Origin: Candidatus Paracaedibacteraceae bacterium
Lineage (GTDB): Bacteria > Pseudomonadota > Alphaproteobacteria > Paracaedibacterales > Paracaedibacteraceae
Length of the DNA: 24,000 nucleotides
Reading direction: 5' to 3'
NCBI GenBank assembly: GCA_019459505.1
Contig: JAIBEV010000132.1
Span: forward strand, 263,559 to 287,558
Under the pieces are notes generated by a model. It had not been told where the DNA came from. It was given only the letters and a program-made list of their open reading frames with translations, and searched no databases. The position numbers and the translations under genes are program-made. Numbering within the stretch: the first letter of the stretch is position 1; each line of letters begins with the position of its first letter. Positions 9,316-16,995 of this stretch are shown here, one piece after another.

Positions 9316-11496
9316 ATGACAATACTAAGAGCAAAATTTATCTCTTCATTATCCTTTTTAATTTTAGGAGGAGCTCCTTCTCTTTGTTTAGGAATGGATG
9401 CACCTCATTTAGATAATATGAAGCCAGACTTACAAGTTGCTGTTAATCCGGAAAAAGATCGATTGACAAAGCAATTCCTAATTTTAGCATTATCTGTGCC
9501 ACCGACTGAGGAAGCGAGTGTTTTAGGGAATTTAGAGATACAGGCTTATCCAGAGATAGACAACAAGTATTTAAATTATTTTGACCAAGACTTAATGCGT
9601 ATCGATGAGTTTAAACAGTATTGTATAGAACCTTTAAAACTTATAATAAATTCTCCTGACTTAATAAATAAAATTAGTCCAGAATTATTAGGTAGCTATG
9701 CGGATCTCATTGATCAAAAATTTACTAAACATTTTATTTATTTAATTAATCTTGTAGAGGATAATCCCAAAAAATCACATTTATCAATTGCTTTCTCAAA
9801 ACTTTTTTTTGTTAGCCTTGTAAATTTTTGCCGTAAAGATGTATGCGATTTTAAGAAAATAACATATTTTCCGAGTAAAATATTTTTTCCTATGATAAAT
9901 AACAGTGTATCATTTGTACAATTTCTTTTGGTACGAAATCATATAAATAAACTCTATAATTATATTTACACGAGGGGGGTAACAAGAAAATCCTTAAACG
10001 CAAAAGACTATTATGATTATTTAGATGAGATTCAAAAAGATTTTAATCATACATTTAATTTTACGGAAGATTTCGGGCGTAGTTACAAAAAGAAACGTCC
10101 AAAGCCTGAGCATCCACAAAAGCACTATGTTGAAAATAAAAGACCAAGAGTTGACGATGCTCGGCCTGTTCCACAAGTACAAGATATTCAAGCAGTGCCG
10201 CCAGCACCAGACAAACCTAGGAAGAAGCGTTTTATGGATGAGATAAGGGAAATGGTTGGTCAAATATTAAAGAGTCATTATGAAGTGCCTGCTCCGGCTA
10301 CTCCTCCAGCACCAGCTGAAGCGGTGCTTCAAGAGATTCCCAATCCTCAAGTTCCTCAAGCAGGTGCGTTTCAATATGGGCCGAAGCCACCAGCACCTCA
10401 GCCAGTTGTCCCTCCGCAAGGTAACATTAATCCAGTAATACACCATCCTTTTGGCTTCCCACAGGTTATGAATCCACAAGCTCCTCAACCAGGTGCGTTG
10501 CAACATGTACTGAAGCCGCCAGTGCTCCCACACCTCGCCTTTCAAAGAGGCCAAGCTCCTTTAGCTCCACAAGGAGTAGTCATCCAAGGTGATCCAAAGC
10601 CCTCTGAACCCGCAAGACAAATTGCAGTCGTGAAAAGATTACGAACCCGCGAAGGATATACATATTTTAAAAATAATACCGGTGCTATTTTTTATGGGGA
10701 TCTAACACAAGCTAGAAGTGCAACTCATGAGCAACGCCAAAAATTAACTGAAATTTTTAACCAACTTATCGAGTTACGTTTTAATAAACAAATTAATGAA
10801 GAAAATTACAAAATTGCTTATGGTGTTCTAGAAGTTATTGGGACTGCCATAAAAGAAAACCGACAAATTTGTAAGGAGCTTTTCAAGAAATTTTCAGAAA
10901 ATCATCAAAATTATATACAGTATAGCCTAGAGCCTCGGGTTGTTATTCATTGTGAACAAAGGGATATGCCCGCCCAAGATAGAACATTTGCTGTTTATAA
11001 TACTTTGGCTTTAGCCTATGGATTTGCGGTGGAAAGTAATATTGTACAAGACTTTTTTACTCATGCATTTTTGGACGATTTATCGGGTTTTGGCTGTCTT
11101 GACGGTGCTCAGAAAATTTTATTAAATTGGCTTGAAGCAAATATGGAAAAAATTGAAAGAGTGAAAAATAAGGAAATTAAAGAAACAGTTATAACAGATA
11201 GTTCAATTTTTCAAACATTCGCAGAAGTTATCAATGAATCAAAAAATAAGACCATAATTAATGGTTTGGATCACTTAACTTATAACCAATATATGGAAAA
11301 ATTGAAAGCAGAGCAGAGTTTCCAACAGCTAGAAAAAGAGAAACAGAATATACAAATCATGAGGGCTGAAGAGATATTCTACGGTGAATTAGAAGAGAAT
11401 ATTAGAGTTAACGTTCTGGAAAAACTGCTCAATTTGAAATATGAGGTTGACATTGAAGCTATAGAAAGATGTTGGACTATTTTAAGAGGAGAATAA
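9316..11496 (+). CDS. orphan secreted proline-rich protein (candidate host-targeted effector)
   Basis: 726-aa ORF with the ribosome-binding site AGAGGA 5-6 nt upstream. The N-terminus MTILRAKFISSLSFLILGGAPSLCLG looks like a Sec signal peptide. Flanking domains are AT-rich and the core is P/Q-rich. No family recognised. Confidence 0.8.
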   Translation: MTILRAKFISSLSFLILGGAPSLCLGMDAPHLDNMKPDLQVAVNPEKDRLTKQFLILALSVPPTEEASVLGNLEIQAYPEIDNKYLNYFDQDLMRIDEFKQYCIEPLKLIINSPDLINKISPELLGSYADLIDQKFTKHFIYLINLVEDNPKKSHLSIAFSKLFFVSLVNFCRKDVCDFKKITYFPSKIFFPMINNSVSFVQFLLVRNHINKLYNYIYTRGVTRKSLNAKDYYDYLDEIQKDFNHTFNFTEDFGRSYKKKRPKPEHPQKHYVENKRPRVDDARPVPQVQDIQAVPPAPDKPRKKRFMDEIREMVGQILKSHYEVPAPATPPAPAEAVLQEIPNPQVPQAGAFQYGPKPPAPQPVVPPQGNINPVIHHPFGFPQVMNPQAPQPGALQHVLKPPVLPHLAFQRGQAPLAPQGVVIQGDPKPSEPARQIAVVKRLRTREGYTYFKNNTGAIFYGDLTQARSATHEQRQKLTEIFNQLIELRFNKQINEENYKIAYGVLEVIGTAIKENRQICKELFKKFSENHQNYIQYSLEPRVVIHCEQRDMPAQDRTFAVYNTLALAYGFAVESNIVQDFFTHAFLDDLSGFGCLDGAQKILLNWLEANMEKIERVKNKEIKETVITDSSIFQTFAEVINESKNKTIINGLDHLTYNQYMEKLKAEQSFQQLEKEKQNIQIMRAEEIFYGELEENIRVNVLEKLLNLKYEVDIEAIERCWTILRGE
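10342..10527 (+). repeat. intragenic duplication, period about 129 bp (43 aa), in the Pro-rich core
   Basis: aatcctcaagttcctcaagcaggtgcgtttcaatatgggccgaagccacc (from 10342) matches aatccacaagctcctcaaccaggtgcgttgcaacatgtactgaagccgcc (from 10471). At protein level NPQVPQAGAFQYGPKPP matches NPQAPQPGALQHVLKPP. Confidence 0.7.
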
Positions 11497-11619
11497 GGTT
11501 ACTTCTTTAACTTTTAAGTTTAAAAGCATGTTGACCTGGTTATCCGGAGGGCCTCCTTACCCCTCCTAAATTAAGATTGGTTAATCTTGTGGGGTAAAGA
11601 GATCGAAAGTTTTCAAGCT

Positions 11620-11722
11620 TTATCGCTTATGACTGCGGTATTCCAGTCTATATTTATAATAGCCGGTGGGAACACCGCAGAGTAAGGTCGAAGAGGCTAT
11701 ACTGTTACATGCGCCCGCTGAC
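11620..11722. repeat. right copy of the direct repeat (decayed, displaced duplicate of the permease 3' end)
   Basis: It would encode CGIPVYIYNSRWEHRRV..., compared with CGIPVYIYSRWEHRRI... in the intact gene, before a 1-nt indel breaks the frame. It also supplies the last codons and stop of the convergent MFS gene. Confidence 0.85.
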
Positions 11723-12892
11723 GGATCAGCGTAAAGTACACCCCACTCATCGTTACGGCTACGGCTAAAAAGAACAGCGGCATTGGCAGTAATGTGTCAT
11801 TATGCAAGAGTCCCATTAAAAATGTGGTTCCTGAAATGATGACATAGTACATGAATCCAAATAAAGCCGAAGCAGTCCCTACGACGGCTTGATAATTCCC
11901 TAAAGCCATACTAAGGCTGCTGAGAATAGTCAAGTTAATGCCCATTATCACAATCAGCATGGCGCCTAACGTTGTGAAAAGAATTAGTCCTTTAGCCTTA
12001 CCTAAGGTTAAGATGGCGCCTCCGAAAATCAAGGTTCCTAGCAAAATTAGGGTTAAGCCTCTTTTTATAATCTCCTCACCCGAGAAAGTTTTAAACATAT
12101 GACGCCCTATTAATCCCGCAACTGCAGCTGCCAGCGCTATTAATATAAAAGTTAATCCATACTGAGAAGGAGTTAACCCTAACATCTTAATCATGTAAAA
12201 GGGGGCTTCAGCATAATAACTAAAAATAATTCCATTTCCTAAGCCAATGAGACCGCAGAAACCCATCACATGCTTGTCCTTTATCAAGGTTTTCCAGACT
12301 ATAAAAATTGAAAGTTCCTTTTCCCCTTATTGACGTTGGTCTCGGGTAAATTTGTTCTGCATAGGCTTAAAATTAGGAAGCCAGCCCCTAAAAGAAACAA
12401 GAAAATAGAAGACCAGTCAAAGGTCTGAGTAATAAGTCCGCCAATAATAGGGCCAATAGCGGGTGCCAACGGTAAAGCGCTTCCAATTGTGGAAAAAACA
12501 CGTCCTCGATCATGTGCTGAGAAGGCCTCACGACAGATCGCCTGTACTAATACACTGCCTGCACTTCCACCTAATGCTTGGATAAAGCGGGCAAGCATCA
12601 AGGTTTCAATAGAGGTTGATAGATAGCATCCTAAGCAGCTGATACAATAGATTAATAGGCCACTTAAGAGACACGGTTTGCGACCGAATCGATCGGAGCT
12701 ATAGCCCCAAAAAATAGTCCCGATAGCAAATCCAAGGAGGTAAATTGTTAGAGTAAATTCTACCCAATGCTCTTCTACGCTCAGTGCATGAGCAATCTGA
12801 GGCAGCGAGGGAGTATAAACGGTTTCTGAAAGTTGGGGTAAGCCAATGATACATATCAGCAACCACAAGGCTGGTGCTTTTAAATTCAACAT
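11697..12892 (-). pseudogene. frameshifted Bcr/CflA-type MFS transporter (paralog of 6299-7516)
   Basis: Two adjacent same-strand ORFs of 197 and 196 aa sit in different frames, and each equals one six-helix MFS half. The N-half carries SSDRFGRKP. The downstream frame stays open upstream of its nominal TTG start (..SIFIVWKTLIKDKHVMG). The frame switch falls at an A5/T5 run at 12302-12306. Confidence 0.6.
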
Positions 12893-13299
12893 GATAAAAA
12901 TCCTATTTGTTCAATACGATACAGCATCTGCTTTATTCTAAGGACAAAGCAGGGTTTGACTTCTCAAGAGAAGAAAAACTGGGTATCTATCGGACGGCTA
13001 GAATAATTTTCAGGGAACTACTTTCTTTTTAAATGTCTTCTTAAAAATAGTGAGCTTATTACAGAATATCAATATATTTTCGCGAAAATTTAAACTTATA
13101 TAAAAAATCCCGTCTCAAAGCTTATTAAATAATTATTTAAGGCTATTATTTTGATAGACCGTGGGGACGCTCAATCATTCCTAGAATCTTATTCTTACAG
13201 TGGGAAATTACTATCTTGAAATAAGACTTTGAAAATTTATTAATTAACAGATTAAACTATAAAAAAGTGTTGAAACTTTTATGGTGACAACATAAATAT

Positions 13300-14229
13300 T
13301 TGATATATCAGCTAAGAATATTTTCAGAAGTGGGCATTGAAATCGTGGACGTGGGGCGACTTTTATTACTGTTAGACCAATTAAGGTTGCCCATTCTTGT
13401 TGCGCTTGGCATTCTCTTCTTTCTCTTATTAATTGTCCAAGCTCGCCGGCGTTATTGGGTTCTTTTATTGGTCTTTTCGGCAGTTATTGTTAGTCCCCTC
13501 CTGTCGCATTGGCAGCTGCATTATGATGAATTTCAACCGGTTACATTACCGCTGCGGCTAATGCATCAAAATTGCTGGGGGGATAATCCCGATACGGATG
13601 CTATTTTTAAGCAGATTTGCCTTGAAAATCCAGATGTAGTTATGCTGCAAGAATGTACTCCTGCTCTCTATTGGCGCATCAGAAAGGAATTAGGATCCTT
13701 AGGCTATGCTGTATCTTCGGATTTTGAGAATTATGATCCCACACATCATCATCGTTATAATCGATTGGTCATTTTGACAAAGGGATTTAAAGTTTTGAAA
13801 CGCTATAAGCTTAAGAATTATCCTGTTTTTGTGATCCATGCTCGTTCTTTTAAGACGGGCGAGCTTTATCGTTTTGTTAGCGTTCATTTGGAGAGATGCT
13901 ATAATATTGAAGAAAACTATTATCAAAATATTGCAGATCAATTAGGAGAGTTTAAAGGGAAAACGATCCTGTCTGGCGATTTTAATCTCGTTCCCTGGTC
14001 AAGATACTATATCAGTTTTTGTCAGATGTTAGGATTAAAGGATGGCTTAAAAGGACAAGGACTTATTGCCAGTTTTCCAGCTCCTCAAAACAAAAAAGCA
14101 GCTTATAAAGCGCCTGCTTTCTTGCCAATTGATCGTCTATTGGTTTCTCCAACGATTCGCACCAAGCGAGTGGATCGACTTCCCTCTTTGGGATCCGATC
14201 ATTATGGTTTTATTGCCCATATCTCTTAA
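13300..14229 (+). CDS. membrane-anchored endonuclease/exonuclease/phosphatase (EEP) family protein
   Basis: 309-aa ORF with two N-terminal hydrophobic helices. MLQECTP, the motif GDFNLVPWS and the C-terminal GSDHYGF are typical EEP catalytic motifs. The start is uncertain because the nominal start is TTG and in-frame GTG codons follow. Confidence 0.7.
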   Translation: MIYQLRIFSEVGIEIVDVGRLLLLLDQLRLPILVALGILFFLLLIVQARRRYWVLLLVFSAVIVSPLLSHWQLHYDEFQPVTLPLRLMHQNCWGDNPDTDAIFKQICLENPDVVMLQECTPALYWRIRKELGSLGYAVSSDFENYDPTHHHRYNRLVILTKGFKVLKRYKLKNYPVFVIHARSFKTGELYRFVSVHLERCYNIEENYYQNIADQLGEFKGKTILSGDFNLVPWSRYYISFCQMLGLKDGLKGQGLIASFPAPQNKKAAYKAPAFLPIDRLLVSPTIRTKRVDRLPSLGSDHYGFIAHIS

Positions 14230-14273
14230 GTTAAAGATATCCCCTTACATCCGTAAATTTTATAAAAAGGGCG

Positions 14274-15557
14274 TTAGAGGCGAATAATGCGATACCCAAT
14301 AGCGTCCATTTCTTTTCTGTCAAGGCAGCTTTTCACATCAATAACAACAGACTGAGGGGCTAATAACTTAGCGGGCTCTCTGGTGAGGTGTTCCATCAGT
14401 GAGGTGTGCGCGACAGCTAAAATTGTTAAATCCGCCGGTTTTATAGCTTCAAGGCCCATTAACTGAATATCATATTCGTGCTTAGCTTCTGCTGCATCAG
14501 CTTCTGGGTCACAAATCTGATAAGAAACCCCATAGCTATCTAATTCAGCTAAGATATCCACAACCTTTGTATTGCGAATATCAGGGCAGTTTTCTTTGAA
14601 GGTAAGACCTAAAATGGAAATTACAGAATCCTTAGGGTTTTTACCGGTTTGAATTAAGGCTTTGATTGCTTCCCGGGCCACATGTTGACCCATGCCATTA
14701 TTGAGGTGACGTCCTGCTAAGATCATTTGGGGATTATAGCCTACCTCTTGAGCCTTATGGGCCAGATAATAAGGATCCACACCAATGCAATGCCCCCCAA
14801 CCAAACCTGGGCGGAAGGGCAAGAAATTCCATTTAGTACCGGCGGCCTCTAAGACATCTACCGTATCAATATCAAGGCGATTAAAAATTAAAGCCAATTC
14901 ATTCATCAAAGCAATATTAATATCGCGTTGGGTATTTTCAATAACTTTAGCTGCCTCTGCTACTTTGATGGTTGCTGCTTTGAAGATACCAGCCGTTACC
15001 ACAGAGCCATAAACATCCGCAATAATGTCTAAGGTGGCTTGATCGGAGCCTGAGACAACCTTCGTAATTTTAGTGAAAGTTTTTTCCTTATCCCCCGGAT
15101 TAATCCGCTCCGGGCTATAACCAGCAGTAAAATCTACGCCATACGTTAGACCAGAAACTTTTTCAAGAATGGGAATACAAATTTCCTCGGTAGCCCCAGG
15201 ATAAACGGTGGATTCATAGACAACAATATCACCTTTTTTTAAGGCTGACCCCACAGTTTGGGATGCCTTTTCAAGAGGGGTAAAATCAGGTTGATTAACA
15301 TGGTTAACAGGGGTGGGGACGGTCACAATGTGAAAATCAGCCTGAGCTAAATCTTTCACATCACTTGTAAAAATAATATCGCTTGCTTGAAGATCTTCAG
15401 GCTCGACCTCGCGGGTCCGATCATGTCCTTGACGCAATTCATCAAGACGGGTTTGATTAATATCAAAACCAATGGTGGTATGCTTTTTACCAAAAGCCAC
15501 AGCAACCGGCAATCCTACATAACCTAATCCGATAACAGAAATTCGACGCAGCGTCAT
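14274..15557 (-). CDS. nucleotide-sugar dehydrogenase, TviB/WbpO-like (UDP-N-acetylhexosamine 6-dehydrogenase type)
   Basis: 427-aa ORF. The Rossmann motif VIGLGYVGLP is present. VYESTVYPG, AKVIENTQRDINIALMNEL and the catalytic GGHCIGVDPYYL closely follow my recollection of TviB/WbpO. Confidence 0.85.
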   Translation of the reverse strand: MTLRRISVIGLGYVGLPVAVAFGKKHTTIGFDINQTRLDELRQGHDRTREVEPEDLQASDIIFTSDVKDLAQADFHIVTVPTPVNHVNQPDFTPLEKASQTVGSALKKGDIVVYESTVYPGATEEICIPILEKVSGLTYGVDFTAGYSPERINPGDKEKTFTKITKVVSGSDQATLDIIADVYGSVVTAGIFKAATIKVAEAAKVIENTQRDINIALMNELALIFNRLDIDTVDVLEAAGTKWNFLPFRPGLVGGHCIGVDPYYLAHKAQEVGYNPQMILAGRHLNNGMGQHVAREAIKALIQTGKNPKDSVISILGLTFKENCPDIRNTKVVDILAELDSYGVSYQICDPEADAAEAKHEYDIQLMGLEAIKPADLTILAVAHTSLMEHLTREPAKLLAPQSVVIDVKSCLDRKEMDAIGYRIIRL

Positions 15558-16132
15558 CTTAAGTCCTTATTGAGTATAAATATCTTTTCTGGGGTTACAA
15601 TATAATCCATTGGGTAATCCTTATCACAAACAGGAATATTGTCAAGTTGTTGACAGTCATAACCGACCCCAATGGCTATAATATTCTTACTCAGGCTTCT
15701 ATCATAATATCCTTTACCTTGTCCTAAACGATTTCCCCTGGCATCAAAACCAAGCAAGGGAACTAACGCAATGTGCGGCGTTAAAGGAACCTCGTGGGAA
15801 GGTGCAGAGAACAATTGGCTGTTTGTGGAAGTGGTGGAAATCGGTGACCAAGCAATAAAATCAAGTTGACATGTTGGGGTTAATTGGGGGACGCAAACCA
15901 CATGGCCTTGGTTATACAAATAGGCCATCAGTGCGAGGATATTAAGTTCAGATCCCCTGGGCACATAGCCAGCAATAATTTGAGAGGATTTTAGCGGTAT
16001 AACTCTCCTTAGCTCTTGCCACTGCTTAAGCAATTTCTGATCGATATCAGTCTGGACAATCAGGGCATGATAGTTCTGTCGACGCTGGCGTAACAAAGGA
16101 CGTAAAGCTTGTTTTGCGATTTCTACTCCCAT
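15554..16132 (-). CDS. 5-formyltetrahydrofolate cyclo-ligase
   Basis: 192-aa ORF. GFDARGNRLGQGKGYYDRSL is the MTHFS signature. Its stop overlaps the dehydrogenase start by 4 nt (ATGA). Confidence 0.85.
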   Translation of the reverse strand: MGVEIAKQALRPLLRQRRQNYHALIVQTDIDQKLLKQWQELRRVIPLKSSQIIAGYVPRGSELNILALMAYLYNQGHVVCVPQLTPTCQLDFIAWSPISTTSTNSQLFSAPSHEVPLTPHIALVPLLGFDARGNRLGQGKGYYDRSLSKNIIAIGVGYDCQQLDNIPVCDKDYPMDYIVTPEKIFILNKDLR

Positions 16133-16995
16133 GTTATGGTCCCCCCCAGTTCCGAGTGAGAGGGAAAAGTGGATGAGGTGGGGGGCGAAGGTTGAGGCGA
16201 TGGGGGAGAAACTGTAGAAGTTTGCGGTAGAGCCTGTCGCTGAGGCCTTACGGCATGAGGCGGCGTTGGAGAAACAGCGGGGGTTGTACGCTGCGGTGGC
16301 TGACGAGACTCTTCAGTACAGGGATTCTTAGCATGCAAGGCCATGAAATTGTCACGGGTTATCCAGTAAATTTGATGGTCAAAGTCAGGAGCTTGGCCTT
16401 CGACAAAAGTTAACCTGCCTTGACTATTTTTAGTCTCTGCTCCCTGAGCAGGGAGGCGACTACCAGTGTCTGTTAAAGCTCCCCCCCCTTTTTTACCATG
16501 GCTAATTAAAATGAAAGCTAAAGGATCTTCTTTCTCTTCCACAATATTTTGATTGGTAAAAAGATTTTGAAGTTTGATAATGTGCGCCGAAATCTTGCAG
16601 AAGTATTCACTACTGCCATCATTTGTTCTCGCTTGAGTCTTTGTCAAAGTTGGATGGACGGCAAAGGTAAACCAATTTCCATAGCCATCTTTGGCAGTTT
16701 TTTCTGGAAGCCCCAGCGTTGTAAAAGGGACAAACCCCACACAGTGAGTATGGTTTTCACAGTTCTTATTAGCTTTACCATTGGACGACGGGGCGGGGGC
16801 AGGGAGGCGATGGTATTGTAACACATATGCTGCTAAAGCAGCCACAATTTGTTCCTCGTGGTTGTGTGTCGTTTTTTGTTGATTAAGGCGATGCTGTACC
16901 GTGAGGAGGGGGATGGTCATGCTTGCAACGATACCCATAATGATCAAAGCAATTGAAATTTCAATTAAACTGAAAGCAGATAAACGGCGTGTCAT
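16123..16995 (-). CDS. prepilin-type N-terminal cleavage/methylation domain protein (pseudopilin-like) with a Pro-rich C-terminal tail
   Basis: 290-aa ORF. The N-terminus RRLSA|FSLIEISIALIIMGIVA fits the class III signal, with Phe at +1, Glu at +5 and a hydrophobic helix. DGYGNWFTF loosely recalls the GspG DPWGNPY motif. The tail is SPTPPHAVRPQRQALPQTSTVSPPSPQPSPPTSS. Confidence 0.7.
   Translation of the reverse strand: MTRRLSAFSLIEISIALIIMGIVASMTIPLLTVQHRLNQQKTTHNHEEQIVAALAAYVLQYHRLPAPAPSSNGKANKNCENHTHCVGFVPFTTLGLPEKTAKDGYGNWFTFAVHPTLTKTQARTNDGSSEYFCKISAHIIKLQNLFTNQNIVEEKEDPLAFILISHGKKGGGALTDTGSRLPAQGAETKNSQGRLTFVEGQAPDFDHQIYWITRDNFMALHAKNPCTEESRQPPQRTTPAVSPTPPHAVRPQRQALPQTSTVSPPSPQPSPPTSSTFPSHSELGGTITWE

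Noticed and set aside
9234-9416. 60-aa plus-strand ORF overlapping the start of the 726-aa gene
   Set aside because: It has no ribosome-binding site and a low-complexity F/L/S-rich translation. It overlaps the far better supported start at 9316, which has an AGAGGA ribosome-binding site.
10021-10554. Three ORFs (80 aa and 95 aa on the minus strand, 73 aa on the plus strand) inside the 726-aa gene
   Set aside because: They are alternative-frame or antisense readings of the basic and Pro-rich repeat region. They have low-complexity W/R/L-rich translations, no start context, and are fully nested in a much longer ORF.
11697-12892. Reading the two MFS halves as two genuine separate genes
   Set aside because: Each half has only six helices. 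The downstream ORF has only a TTG start with no ribosome-binding site. Its frame stays open across the junction, and the break coincides with a homopolymer, so a frameshift explains it better.
12960-12973. Short dyad cttctc-aa-gagaag upstream of the frameshifted MFS gene
   Set aside because: It has only 6-bp arms in AT-rich intergenic DNA and could easily arise by chance. Without comparative data it is not worth calling an operator.
16549-16826. 90-aa plus-strand and 60-aa minus-strand ORFs within the pilin-like gene
   Set aside because: Both are nested in the 290-aa ORF, which has a recognisable prepilin N-terminus and coupled start and stop codons with its neighbours. Neither has independent support.
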